Translations under genes and position numbers: made by a program
Source: an uncultured Dehalococcoidia bacterium
Lineage (GTDB): Bacteria > Chloroflexota > Dehalococcoidia > Lucifugimonadales > UBA3495
Assembly (NCBI GenBank): GCA_950072105.1
Contig: CATMOE010000019.1
Coordinates: forward strand, 1-56,133
Direction: 5' to 3'
DNA length: 56,133 bases
The notes under the pieces: model-generated
Database searches by the model: none
Told to the model about the DNA's origin: nothing
Seen by the model: the letters and a program-made list of their open reading frames with translations, nothing else
Shown here: one piece after another, positions 9,106 through 18,938 of the stretch
How the letters are laid out: the number at the start of each line of letters is the position of its first letter
Position numbering within the stretch: the first letter of the stretch is position 1

Positions 9106-10944
9106 ATGGTTAGCACTTTGAAATACCTAAAGGCTGGCGCCAGGGTTGTACCACCCTCGATGGGCCGGGCTTGTGCCCGGTTAGTGGCCTTTCGGCGAAG
9201 AGCTGAAGGATTTACTCTTGTCGAACTTCTGGCTGTGATGGCCATCATAGGTATCTTGGCCGGAATCACCGCCGGCGCTGTGACCGGCCTAGGCGGGCAA
9301 GGTATAAACGCCCAGATCCTCAGCGACGCCAGTGCCATGGAGACCGCCGCCGACCGATTCTTGAATGCCTCATTTCCTGAAACTTTTCCGGTATCAGCCT
9401 TGCCCAGCGGAGAAGACGAATTAGGTGTAAGGGAGATCGACTTCGATGCCAAGTTGCCCCAAGACCCTACCAAAACCTTCGTCCCCGACTTCCTCAAGAA
9501 AATTCCCGATTCGGCGGCTTTGGTGAGTTTTCGGATCGACACCGGGACCGGGAGGATCTTCATCGCGGACGACGGAGCCGCGTTCGCCCCACCTTCAGAC
9601 AGCCGATTTGACGCCTCATTCAGCAACACGATTCCCTTGGGCAATCCGGTTGTCACCTTCACTTTGAAAATGGGGGAAAATAGGGCGGCGTTGAAGAAGC
9701 TTCGGGTCATCGGCCCTGGGGGATTCGGCCTTGGAGGCCGGACGTTACCGGCCGGAAGCAAAGTTGGAACACTTCAAATCACATTTGGAACCGACAACAT
9801 TTGGCGGTCCGGCCATGAGATCAGCGTGGATACCGATATCATCGCGACTGGCAGAGCCCATGAATGGGAGATGACGCCGATCTATGGCGCAGCCGTCAGC
9901 GACGCCGACAACAGCCCCATCAGTGGAGTAAAAGAGGGCGTCACGTCCCTTACCCACAGCTTCACCATCGGCGCCTCCGGCACTGCCGGTGTGCCCGGCA
10001 AACTTTTCATAGACATGGACCGAACCGGTCTCACCAAGGCCCATAACGAGGCTAGCGAAACCTGGATAATAACCATATTCGACAAAGCCCAGGACGCCGC
10101 CGGAGTCGTTATAATTCCGGAGGAGAGTCTCATCACCAATCCGTCGGTCAGCAAGGTATACCGCTGGCTTACGGAAGAGCATTCGACGATCCAAGTCGTG
10201 GATATTTTCTCGCCCGTTGCCGGACGGCTGGCAGTTGTGATCAAGAACCCGTCCGTCTCCGCGACGAGCACCCCTGTGCCCACACCTACCACACCTTCAC
10301 CGTCGTCGACACCATTTGTTACGCCGACGCCAATACCGCCGCCAACGCCGACGCCAACACCCACCAACTCTCCGCCGTTGGCGACAATACTATCGGCTAT
10401 TCTAATCGGCAATACCATAGACTTTACCGGTCTTGGTTTGGACGCCGAGGACGGCACTATCCCAGCCGCCGACATGGATTGGGTGATGGTACGCACGTCC
10501 AACTTGGGGAATGTATTGCAAACCGCAACTGGGGTAAGCAGCGGCACTTTCGTCTCTCTCTCCGCATCTGACGAGTTCCGTATCACCCTCACGGTCACCG
10601 ACAGCGGAGGTGCGACCGGTACAGCCTCAGTGGATGTGAGCACCCCTGCCGCCAACACCGCGCCGTTGGTGACCGTGACGGGACCCACTACCGGGACGAC
10701 CGCCGGAACACCCAACTTGGTCTTTATCACCGCAGTTACCGACGACAATGACAACAGTGGCACCCTACTGGTTGCCATAAAGTGGTACATCGACGGGAAC
10801 CCGGTCGGGGTGACCGGGCCTACGATGAATGTTCCTGGGAACGTCATCGGTGCGGTTGGCAACCACACCATCGAGGCGCGGTCCGAGGATAGCGGTGGCC
10901 TTACCGGCGTAGGTACTTTGACAATCACGCTAACCACACCATAA
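9106..10944 (+). CDS. Large type IV prepilin-like protein with a Pro/Thr linker and C-terminal Ig/PKD-like domains
   Basis: Class III signal RRRAEG|FTLVELLAVMAIIGILAG; PTPTPTPT linker; ITLTVTDSGGATGTASV and HTIEARSEDSGGLTG repeats. Start uncertain (9070/9106/9160). Confidence 0.85.
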   Translation: MVSTLKYLKAGARVVPPSMGRACARLVAFRRRAEGFTLVELLAVMAIIGILAGITAGAVTGLGGQGINAQILSDASAMETAADRFLNASFPETFPVSALPSGEDELGVREIDFDAKLPQDPTKTFVPDFLKKIPDSAALVSFRIDTGTGRIFIADDGAAFAPPSDSRFDASFSNTIPLGNPVVTFTLKMGENRAALKKLRVIGPGGFGLGGRTLPAGSKVGTLQITFGTDNIWRSGHEISVDTDIIATGRAHEWEMTPIYGAAVSDADNSPISGVKEGVTSLTHSFTIGASGTAGVPGKLFIDMDRTGLTKAHNEASETWIITIFDKAQDAAGVVIIPEESLITNPSVSKVYRWLTEEHSTIQVVDIFSPVAGRLAVVIKNPSVSATSTPVPTPTTPSPSSTPFVTPTPIPPPTPTPTPTNSPPLATILSAILIGNTIDFTGLGLDAEDGTIPAADMDWVMVRTSNLGNVLQTATGVSSGTFVSLSASDEFRITLTVTDSGGATGTASVDVSTPAANTAPLVTVTGPTTGTTAGTPNLVFITAVTDDNDNSGTLLVAIKWYIDGNPVGVTGPTMNVPGNVIGAVGNHTIEARSEDSGGLTGVGTLTITLTTP

Positions 10945-10966
10945 TCGCTCTAAAAAGATCATGCCG

Positions 10967-11007
10967 AAGGCGGCCACGGGAAATTCCTTCCCGTGGCCGC
11001 CTTTCTT
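10967..11007 (+). terminator. Intrinsic terminator after the pilin-like gene
   Basis: aaggcggccacggga-aattcct-tcccgtggccgcctt followed by tctt. Confidence 0.8.
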
Positions 11008-11284
11008 GGCTGATGACCGATCACCATCCCACCGATATACTTCAGTGGCTCCGGAAGCTGAGCCCTTCGCCCGCCAGTTCCACTCCTTTCTGTATTCCGG
11101 TTGGACGCTTCCGTGGAAACCTGCCTTGCCCAGGCGGGGCTTGTTTTAATGAGACGGGGGAACCCCCAAGCGTCCCAAGCCGGCAACGGTCTCGTTAATC
11201 ATTATTGGGGTAACATGTCTGTCAGACGTTAGTTGCCCTGGCTGATGCCGGGTTTAATCAAGACCAGACGACACCGGAGGCCAC

Positions 11285-12262
11285 ATGCCAAATCTAGACC
11301 TCAACATTGCCTGCTGGGATTATGACCGAACCCGGCCATTGACCGACGGACGTGTTCAACCTGAAGGGATCAATCTCGACATCACTGTGTTGCGTCCCAG
11401 GGAGATTTTCCCACGCATGCTCCAAGACCAGGAGTTCCACGCGTCGGAGATGTCTTTGGCGTCTTATGTCATCCTAAAAGCTCGAGATCAGTGCCCTTTC
11501 GTGGCGATTCCGGTGATGCTCTCTAAGATATTCCGCCACGACTGCATCTACGTCCGCCACGATGCCGGCATCAACGAGCCTGCGGATCTGCGGGGCAAAC
11601 GGATAGGCTTGCCCCAATACAGTTCCACCGCCGGAGTATTCATCAAAGGGCTGATGCAACACGAGTACGGAGTTTCGCCTCACGAGATGACTTGGTTCAT
11701 GGGCGGACAGGATACACCCGCGCCCGCGCCTTTAGTTCCCCTGGACCTGCCAGCCGATATTCATCTGGAGTTCATACCCGAAGATAAGACCTTGGAGGGA
11801 ATGCTGGCTGATGGCGAACTGGACGCTCTGTTCGCCACCTACATCCCCAACCTGTTCTTGAACGGCTCTCCGACGATCGCCCGCCTGTTTCCCAACTTCA
11901 AGGAGGTGGAGCAGGACTACTACCGGCGAACCGGGATTTTCCCCATCATGCACACCGTGGTAATCCGGGAAGACGTCCACCGGGAACATCCATGGGTTGC
12001 AGCAAGTTTGTACGATGCATTTTCCCAGGCCAAGGACCTGGCGGTCGGGGGATTGTACGACACCGACGCTTTGGCGTTAACCTTGCCGTTCCTCATCGAC
12101 CATTTGGAGGAAAGCCGGCGGATCTTCGGATCAGACTACTGGTCCTACGGCGTTGAGTCCAACCGGCCCGCCTTAGAGGGACTCTCCCAGTATGTGGTGG
12201 ACCAGGGCCTGGCGCCCCGTGTAGTCAGCATTGAGGAGCTTTTTCCAGCAATCACACCATGA
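11285..12262 (+). CDS. 4,5-dihydroxyphthalate decarboxylase-like protein (SBP-like fold)
   Basis: IACWDYDRTRPL, EMSLASY, DLRGKRIG.P.Y..TA, YYRRTGIFPIMHTVVIR and YGVESNR motifs; GGAGG RBS. Confidence 0.85.
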   Translation: MPNLDLNIACWDYDRTRPLTDGRVQPEGINLDITVLRPREIFPRMLQDQEFHASEMSLASYVILKARDQCPFVAIPVMLSKIFRHDCIYVRHDAGINEPADLRGKRIGLPQYSSTAGVFIKGLMQHEYGVSPHEMTWFMGGQDTPAPAPLVPLDLPADIHLEFIPEDKTLEGMLADGELDALFATYIPNLFLNGSPTIARLFPNFKEVEQDYYRRTGIFPIMHTVVIREDVHREHPWVAASLYDAFSQAKDLAVGGLYDTDALALTLPFLIDHLEESRRIFGSDYWSYGVESNRPALEGLSQYVVDQGLAPRVVSIEELFPAITP

Positions 12263-12555
12263 TCGCTTCACCGTGTTGGCCCGGGAATTCTCGAGATCGT
12301 CCCGCTCTTGCCCCCCGTGCGTGACGGGGTGGGCTGCCCATCTGGTGACGGTGTTGACACCCTTTTTGATAATTTCCTCTAGCCGCAGACTAAGTTAGCA
12401 AAGGCGCGACTGGCAGGCGGCGCATTTTGGCCCAATCCCGTTCGCGGAATGCAACGGGAGTGCCGGGGCATTCGCATATACTGGCCCCAGTCTAAATACG
12501 CCGTTGTCTGGTTGGAAATGCCGATCAAGGCAGCTAAGCGCCGAGGAAAGCGTCA

Positions 12556-12759
12556 ATGTCGCTATCTAATCTAATCACGGTAGAACACCCGCACATGTGC
12601 CGAACTTGCGGAAACCAGTACATCTGTACCTGTCTAGCCTGTAGTGAAGGCGGCAGCCACAACCACACCGAGTGTCCCAAATGCGCCCCTTCCCTATCCT
12701 CTTGGCCCGACCCATACTGCTTGGGGTTGAAATTCGTCCGCTGGCACGCTTCCGGCTGA
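12556..12759 (+). CDS. Cys/His-rich microprotein, putative zinc finger
   Basis: CRTC-x5-CTCLAC-x5-HNH-x2-CPKC; GAGGAAAG RBS 5 nt before the ATG. Confidence 0.6.
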   Translation: MSLSNLITVEHPHMCRTCGNQYICTCLACSEGGSHNHTECPKCAPSLSSWPDPYCLGLKFVRWHASG

Positions 12760-12839
12760 TCTAACTTTCGGGCGCCCGGCCGGCTTCCCCGTTCCGGCGA
12801 ATTGGGCTGGATAGCAGCCACTTTAGTAACTTGTTAAAG

Positions 12840-13091
12840 TCATTTGCCGTTGGAATTGTCAGGGTTTTCGGCCGGGGTTTGTACTAGGGGCGTTTCGTAG
12901 GGCTCCAGCATGTCTTCGGAGAACCAGCCCCGGAACTCGCCGGTGTCCGCTTCGTCCAAGTTATAGGCCGGCTGTCCTTCAAAGTAGCCCCGGCGCGCTA
13001 CTATCAGTTTGTGAGGGGTTGTCGCGAAAGCGGCTGATGCCCGCTCTCTCAACTCCTGCCCCATGATGTATTTGAAATGAGTGACAGCCAA
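12840..13091 (-). CDS. Small hypothetical protein
   Basis: GGAG RBS before a TTG start; protein-like composition; downstream of 13379 on the same strand. Confidence 0.6.
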   Translation of the reverse strand: MAVTHFKYIMGQELRERASAAFATTPHKLIVARRGYFEGQPAYNLDEADTGEFRGWFSEDMLEPYETPLVQTPAENPDNSNGK

Positions 13092-13127
13092 GTAATCTCC
13101 AAGCCTCGTTTGCTCCAGCTTCCAGAT

Positions 13128-13379
13128 CTATAAAACCAATGACGCGTCGTCGTTGCCTCTCCTGCAGTGACTTGCCACGTACCAGATCCGTTTGATGGCG
13201 CAACCAACTTCCTCTTTGGGTCTGCCACGTCCCAAAGTAAGCACCATAATGACGAGGTAAAGGGGAATGAGGAGAGCCAAGAGCGCGGGAAGAACGATCA
13301 GCATGAAGATGGCGCAAAGGGCGAGATTCCGTGCGTGAAACACGGGCGCAAAACAGACCTCTCGCTCCTCAAACCTCAT
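13128..13379 (-). CDS. Small hypothetical membrane protein
   Basis: Long hydrophobic stretch LCAIFMLIVLPALLALLIPLYLVIMVLTL; promoter at 13452-13479. Confidence 0.55.
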   Translation of the reverse strand: MRFEEREVCFAPVFHARNLALCAIFMLIVLPALLALLIPLYLVIMVLTLGRGRPKEEVGCAIKRIWYVASHCRRGNDDASLVL

Positions 13380-13451
13380 TCAGCCGCCAAATCTTTGATG
13401 TATATTCGCGATGGTGACGGTACTATTGGGAGCCTTTGCTCCGTCGATCTG

Positions 13452-13479
13452 ATGATATAGGTTCAGTCACTGATGTCAA
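13452..13479 (-). promoter_or_regulatory. Sigma70-type promoter
   Basis: Minus strand TTGACA-16 nt-TATCAT. Confidence 0.55.
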
Positions 13480-13534
13480 GGCGAACGGCGATTCTGGCTT
13501 GAATTCAGGGCCGATATACCGTACAGAGATCCCG

Positions 13535-13570
13535 AAAATAAGAGCCTCCGGAAACTGTTCCGGAGGCTCT
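13535..13570 (-). terminator. Intrinsic terminator after the ComE-like gene
   Basis: agagcctccggaa-actg-ttccggaggctct followed by TATTTT on the minus strand. Confidence 0.8.
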
Positions 13571-13616
13571 GAATCCATTAACGATCATGTGTTGATCGAT
13601 CAGTCTTAGGTCCTGC

Positions 13617-14201
13617 TTACGAGATTCCCAACTCCTCCCGCAATGTCCGGATCGTCTCGGCCCGGCTACGGGATGGCCGGCGAGTGCGCTGGCCGATGGG
13701 CTCGTTCTCTACTTCCGGCACGATCTTCATCGCCACGAACACCGGCCCGGTTTCCTGCATGATTTTTCCGATGTTGGTGGCGAAGTCCTCAATGTTGTCA
13801 AAGGAGTAGGCCGCAGCGTAGCCGGCCTCTTTGGCCATGCCGGCATAGTTGATATCCTGAGCGTTGGGGACGGGCTGCCCACCGGTGGTGGCATAACATT
13901 CGTTATCCATCAGCAAGTGCACGAAATTCTTGGGCGCCTGCCCGGCGATGGTAGCGATGATGCCCAGATTCATCAGTAGAGCGCCTTCGGAATCGAACAG
14001 CACCACTTTCTCGTCCGGCAAACCCAGCGCCAACCCCAGAGCGGCCGGAGTCGTGTGACCCATAGCCCCACCCATATTAAGGTCGCGGTTCTGCTTGGTG
14101 GTGTGATCTACCCAGTGCTTCCCTGCGGTTCCGGTTACTATAACCAATGCATCTTCCCGAAGTGGTTGAAACGTCCGGAACATATCATCCGCGTTAATCA
14201 A
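13617..14201 (-). CDS. ThDP-dependent decarboxylase beta subunit (sulfopyruvate/phosphonopyruvate decarboxylase ComE-like)
   Basis: GAMGH...ALGLAL, DSEGALLMNLG and MDNECYATTGGQP motifs. Confidence 0.85.
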   Translation of the reverse strand: MINADDMFRTFQPLREDALVIVTGTAGKHWVDHTTKQNRDLNMGGAMGHTTPAALGLALGLPDEKVVLFDSEGALLMNLGIIATIAGQAPKNFVHLLMDNECYATTGGQPVPNAQDINYAGMAKEAGYAAAYSFDNIEDFATNIGKIMQETGPVFVAMKIVPEVENEPIGQRTRRPSRSRAETIRTLREELGIS

Positions 14202-14257
14202 AATCTGCCTCCGATGATTTCAAGATTACTTGATTGATTCTTTAAGACCGTGCCGGG

Positions 14258-14779
14258 TCATATTCTGTTAAAGCCGTGGTATTCATCTCCCACCAAGATT
14301 GCCACTGGACGATTGTTGGTCTTGGCCTCTTCGTATGCGATGGAGATACGTTCCGCATCTTCGTCGGTCTCAACCAAGTAGTAATTAACCCCCATGGCGT
14401 TCAGGAAGGGCTCGGTGTACCGCGCCGCCGTATCGGTTATGACTCCGTGGCGGTTCCAGCCCCGGTACCCGACAACCATGAGCAAGGGGAAACCGGCGTC
14501 CAGCGCCATTCCCCGGATCGAATCGCCAGATTCCATCATGCCGGTATTTTGGATCAGGCAGACCGGCACCTTCCCGCCTACCGAGAGGCCGAGGGCGATG
14601 GCAAAGGTTTCCCCCTCGCGAGAAGCGGGGACAACACTGAGCCAGTCCTGTTCCTGCATCAATTCGTAAAGATAGTTGGTTTCGCTATCCGGTATGGTGA
14701 CGATATGAGTCACCCCAATCTTTTTGAACTCTGCGATCAATGTCTCGGGTCTCAATAGCGCCGCTTGTTGATTAACCAT
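14258..14779 (-). CDS. ThDP-dependent decarboxylase alpha subunit (ComD-like)
   Basis: IPDS, SREGETFAIALG, LIQNTG and VGYRG motifs; GAGGA RBS before ATG 14779. Confidence 0.85.
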   Translation of the reverse strand: MVNQQAALLRPETLIAEFKKIGVTHIVTIPDSETNYLYELMQEQDWLSVVPASREGETFAIALGLSVGGKVPVCLIQNTGMMESGDSIRGMALDAGFPLLMVVGYRGWNRHGVITDTAARYTEPFLNAMGVNYYLVETDEDAERISIAYEEAKTNNRPVAILVGDEYHGFNRI

Positions 14780-14872
14780 CCAATTTCCTCCCAGATTTAT
14801 TCCTCGATGCCGGGGCAAACCGCGCCATACAACGCCGAGGACCATTGGCCTTTTTAGTGCCTGAGGCTACCC

Positions 14873-14901
14873 ATTATAGTAACCACGTAGGCCGAGGTCA
14901 A
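14873..14901 (-). promoter_or_regulatory. Sigma70-type promoter of the ComDE-like operon
   Basis: Minus strand TTGACC-17 nt-TATAAT. Confidence 0.7.
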
Positions 14902-15070
14902 TTTAGGGCGCGGGGCAAGTGCATGAAGACAAAATATGGGTATCTATGACGAATCGACAGCCGAGCCCGGTTCCCAGGTGACAAGCATCCCCCGCATGGG
15001 CTTGCGCCAAGGCCGGCGTATTAGACCTCAAACGAACGATATGCGGCTTGCCGGAACGTCACACTCAATA

Positions 15071-15247
15071 TTAGTCGACTGCGGCATCGTAGCCCCCTCG
15101 CTTGCGCTGCGAGAAGTACAGAACCATTAAACCTACTGGGATGACCAAGATCATAGCGCCGGCCAAGGCTATTACTCCCCAATCGCCCAAGCCGCCCAAC
15201 AAATCATCCAGCAGGTCCTTGATCCAGCCCAGCAGGTGGACATCCAA
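15071..15247 (-). CDS. Small single-pass membrane protein
   Basis: (M)DVHLLGWIKDLLDDLLGGLGDWGVIALAGAMILVIPVGLMVLYFSQRKRGG: a TM helix followed by basic residues. Start uncertain. Confidence 0.55.
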   Translation of the reverse strand: MDVHLLGWIKDLLDDLLGGLGDWGVIALAGAMILVIPVGLMVLYFSQRKRGGYDAAVD

Positions 15248-15298
15248 CTCGCCACCGTGGGCAACGATCGCCTGAGGTGAACCCCACGACATCGCGGA

Positions 15299-16606
15299 TC
15301 AATCTCCGGAGGCGCCCGAGATGGCCGGCGCCGCTGCATAACGCGAGGAGTATTTGCGCTCCCGGATGGTAAACGCCGATAATGCCGCCGGGAAGAGCAG
15401 AGCCCCGGCAATGGCGAAGGGAATGGTGTAAGAACCAGTGGCGTCGTAAAGGAACCCAGCCATGGGCACACTGATGACGGCCCCCATAGCGTGGAAGAAG
15501 AAGGAGATCCCCCCGATGGTCCCCAGGGCCCGAACGCCGTAAACATCGGCTGTCAGGGAGGTGGTCAACGGATTGGTGGCGACCCAAGACAGTCCGGCGA
15601 CAGCGGCGAAAACCCACAATCCCATGGCCCCAGGCACCAACAACAGCAGTACATAGGCGCTGCCCCGGCAGAAGTAAACCAGAGCCAGCAAGTTCTTGCT
15701 TCCACCAAACCGGTCAGAAAGATATCCCGCACCCAAACTGCCGACCATATTCAAGGCCATCATGAAGCTGAAGATCGTGGCCGCCAACACCGGGGAAATC
15801 CCTTGGCCAATGGCGAATGGCACGAAGTGAATCGAAATGATCGACGTGGTAAATCCGCACACGAAATAGGAGCCGGACAACTGCCAAATGGGCCAAGAAC
15901 GAAATGCTTGAGCCCACCGATCTACCTCCAAAGGTCCTCTTGGCCGGTCCGGGATTTCAGTTGGCCCTTCGACTGGTGGCTCGGGATCGCCATCGGGTTG
16001 CAGCCCCATCTTAGATGGGTCATCGCGCAAGAACAGGTATGACAAGGGTACGCCCAACCCCAGGACCAACATACCCAGAATCGCCCAAGTGATCCGCCAG
16101 CCGGTTGCCTCCAACATGTAGGCGGCGAAGGGGACGATCAAGAAGCCGCCCGCAGCCAGGCCCGTGGCGTTGATCCCCGTTACCGTGCCGCGTCTCCGGC
16201 GGAACCACCTGCTGACCAGCGCCATAGTGTTGCTCAAGGAAGTGCCGCTTGCGGCGATGCCCGATACGAGTCCAAATAGGAAAACCAAGAACAGGAAGTG
16301 GAATGTGAGGCTCAGCAACACTGTCGCCACGCCGAAGACGATCATGCTGACCAGAAGTACCCGGCGGCCGCCTTGCCAGTCGAAAATCCGGCCTAAGAAA
16401 GGTTGCGTAACCGCGTTGGCGAAAAACCCCACAGACGCGGCTATTGAAAGCTCACCCCGGCTCCAGCCAAAGTCCGTCTCCAAAGGGATTATGAATATGG
16501 CAAAGCTGTTTCGCACCCCGTTGGTCACCAGGGCAATGAACATGCAGGTAAAAACGATGTACCAGCCGTAGTACAGAGGCTGCTTACCAGTCTTGGACTG
16601 ATTCAT
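15299..16606 (-). CDS. MFS transporter (OFA/MCT-like)
   Basis: YYGWYIV, GRIFDWQGGRR, SRWFRRRRG and GYLSDRFG motifs; about 12 hydrophobic segments. Confidence 0.93.
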   Translation of the reverse strand: MNQSKTGKQPLYYGWYIVFTCMFIALVTNGVRNSFAIFIIPLETDFGWSRGELSIAASVGFFANAVTQPFLGRIFDWQGGRRVLLVSMIVFGVATVLLSLTFHFLFLVFLFGLVSGIAASGTSLSNTMALVSRWFRRRRGTVTGINATGLAAGGFLIVPFAAYMLEATGWRITWAILGMLVLGLGVPLSYLFLRDDPSKMGLQPDGDPEPPVEGPTEIPDRPRGPLEVDRWAQAFRSWPIWQLSGSYFVCGFTTSIISIHFVPFAIGQGISPVLAATIFSFMMALNMVGSLGAGYLSDRFGGSKNLLALVYFCRGSAYVLLLLVPGAMGLWVFAAVAGLSWVATNPLTTSLTADVYGVRALGTIGGISFFFHAMGAVISVPMAGFLYDATGSYTIPFAIAGALLFPAALSAFTIRERKYSSRYAAAPAISGASGD

Positions 16607-16891
16607 GGGGTCCGTTCCTTGGCGCCAGGAGTTTTTCTATGTTGGCGTAGCTTCCCCAAGTAAAATAAATCCCCCAACGTGTGTGCCCGTAGGATACCAC
16701 GAAACTATAAAACGTCACGTGGTTCGGGTCTATCGCGTCGAAGAGACTGAGGAGTCACGCTGAATGCGGTGGAGGCTAGGAATCGCTCGACCGTTATGGG
16801 GTTCATCCTTGTGGCGCGGAGTAGCTCCTTCGAAGGAACCGGGCAGAAGAACCCGCCGCGTCACGGTTACCGGGGTGGCACGGTAGAGACT

Positions 16892-17896
16892 CTAATACAA
16901 GTGGCAGGACACCCAGTGGTTAGGGGTGATTTCCTTGGTTTCCGGGATTACATGAGAACATTGGTCCATTACAAATGGGCATCTAGGATGGAAGTGGCAA
17001 CCTTCCGGTGGGTTCAATGGAGAGGGCACTTCACCGGTCAGAATTATCTCTTCCTGTTCAGTGTCTGGGTGGGAAGGCAGGGCCGCCGACATGAGCGCCT
17101 TGGTGTAGGGATGCAGCGGATTGTCGAAAAGCTCCTTAACCGGCGCCAACTCGACCACCTGACCCAGATACATGACCGCCACCCAGTGGCACATATACCG
17201 CACCGTAGCCAGGTGGTGGGCTATGAGCATGTAGCTGACGTTGTATTCCGACTGCAGGTCCTTCAGCAGGTTCATGATCTGGGCCCTGATCGACACGTCC
17301 AACGCCGATACAGGCTCATCCAGTACGATTATCTTGGGATTCAACGAAAGCGCCCTGGCGATGGCCAAACGCTGCCGCTGTCCTCCGCTAAACTCGTGGG
17401 GATATAGGTTGGCATGGTAACTGCTAAGACCTACCTCCTGAAGCAGTTCAAGAACCCTCTCCCGTATCTCAGGCTTGGATAGCTGCCAGTTAATCACCAT
17501 TGGTTCGGCAATAAGGTCTTTGACCCTCATCCTAGGGTTCAGTGAACTCCAGGGGTCTTGGAACACTGCTTGCACCGAGCTACGGTATTCCTTGCGTCCG
17601 GCTTCGTCGGCCTGGTAGATGTCCTGCCCGTTGTAATAAATGCTGCCCTCGGTGGGTTGCTCCAACATCAGCACCATCTTGGCGGTAGTGGTCTTGCCGC
17701 AGCCTGATTCTCCGACGATGCCCAAAGTTTCCCCAGCCCGGATCTGAAAAGAAACCCCGTCGACCGCTTTGATATAGCCGGTAACCCGTGCCAGTACGAT
17801 TCCCCGGGTCACAGGGAAGTACTTTTTCAGGTTCCTGGCCTCCAGAATCACTGGGCGATCTTGGCCGTTTCCCGAGGTAGTTACAGGAGTGGTCAT
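16892..17896 (-). CDS. Opp/Dpp-type ABC ATP-binding subunit (OppF-like)
   Basis: [21 protein letters not shown] and a C-terminal GCHFHPRC domain; start overlaps the upstream stop (ATGA). Confidence 0.95.
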   Translation of the reverse strand: MTTPVTTSGNGQDRPVILEARNLKKYFPVTRGIVLARVTGYIKAVDGVSFQIRAGETLGIVGESGCGKTTTAKMVLMLEQPTEGSIYYNGQDIYQADEAGRKEYRSSVQAVFQDPWSSLNPRMRVKDLIAEPMVINWQLSKPEIRERVLELLQEVGLSSYHANLYPHEFSGGQRQRLAIARALSLNPKIIVLDEPVSALDVSIRAQIMNLLKDLQSEYNVSYMLIAHHLATVRYMCHWVAVMYLGQVVELAPVKELFDNPLHPYTKALMSAALPSHPDTEQEEIILTGEVPSPLNPPEGCHFHPRCPFVMDQCSHVIPETKEITPNHWVSCHLY

Positions 17897-18879
17897 GCAA
17901 GTCTCCAACAAGCCGAGTAGTGGCCTTCATCCACCGGGAACTCCGGAGGATATTCTTCGCGACACCGGTCCATGACGTAGGGACACCTGTCCGCAAAGGA
18001 GCATCCCACCGGCAGGTCGTGCAACAAGGGCGGCTGGCCTTCAATGGCGTACAGCCGGTCTACGTCTTCCTCCATTTTAGGTACCGAAGCCAGCAAAGCC
18101 TCGGTGTACGGGTGGGACGGTTTGTTGAAGATGTCCCGCACGCTGCCAACTTCCACGATCTTTCCCGCGTACATCACCGCCACTCGGTCGCACATCTTAG
18201 CGACAATGCCGAAGTCGTGGGTGATAAAAATCAGTGACATGCCCGATTCTTGCTGCAGGTCCCTCAGCAGTTTCAGGTACTGGGCCTGAATCGTTACGTC
18301 CAAGGAGGTAGTCGGCTCGTCGGCGATCAACACCAAGGGCTGGCAGGAAATACCGATGGCCCCCACGACTCTCTGGCGCATCCCGCCGCTCAATTGGTGG
18401 GGATAATCACGTATTCTGGATTCGGCCGCCGGGATGTTTACCTTACGCAACACCTCCAGGGCCTTTTCCATCACGCTTCGCTTGGGAATGTCCTGGTGAA
18501 TCCTGATAGCTTCCGTCACCTGATTGCCGATGGTAAACACCGGGTTCAGGGACGTCATGGGGTCTTGAATGATCAGGGCAATCTTGCTGCCCCTAACCTT
18601 GCTCATCTCGGATTCGGATAGTTGCAGCAGGTCCTCACCGTCCAGGGTGATTGTGCCTTCCACTATCCGGCCCGGCGGAATGGGAATAAGGCGCATCATG
18701 GACAGCATGGTAACGGATTTTCCACTACCAGACTCGCCAACAATCCCCAGGGTTTCGCCCTTGCGGAGTTCAAAGCTGACGCCGTCCACCGCTTTGACTT
18801 CACCCCAGCGGGTCCGAAAGTAGGTTCGCAGGTTTTCTACTTTTAGTACAGGAGCTTCCGATGTATTAGCAGTGGCCAA
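17893..18879 (-). CDS. Opp/Dpp-type ABC ATP-binding subunit (OppD-like)
   Basis: GESGSGKS, LSGGMRQR, ADEPTT and GCSFADRC motifs. Confidence 0.95.
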   Translation of the reverse strand: MATANTSEAPVLKVENLRTYFRTRWGEVKAVDGVSFELRKGETLGIVGESGSGKSVTMLSMMRLIPIPPGRIVEGTITLDGEDLLQLSESEMSKVRGSKIALIIQDPMTSLNPVFTIGNQVTEAIRIHQDIPKRSVMEKALEVLRKVNIPAAESRIRDYPHQLSGGMRQRVVGAIGISCQPLVLIADEPTTSLDVTIQAQYLKLLRDLQQESGMSLIFITHDFGIVAKMCDRVAVMYAGKIVEVGSVRDIFNKPSHPYTEALLASVPKMEEDVDRLYAIEGQPPLLHDLPVGCSFADRCPYVMDRCREEYPPEFPVDEGHYSACWRLA

Positions 18880-18938
18880 GATAATCTTTTCCTATATACA
18901 GTTTTTCTTGGAGACCGGTAGCCCAGGCCATTCCTAGG

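Noticed and set aside
8898..10937. Long minus-strand ORFs (8898-9761, 9882-10937)
   Set aside because: Antisense shadows of the pilin-like gene; no motifs of their own.
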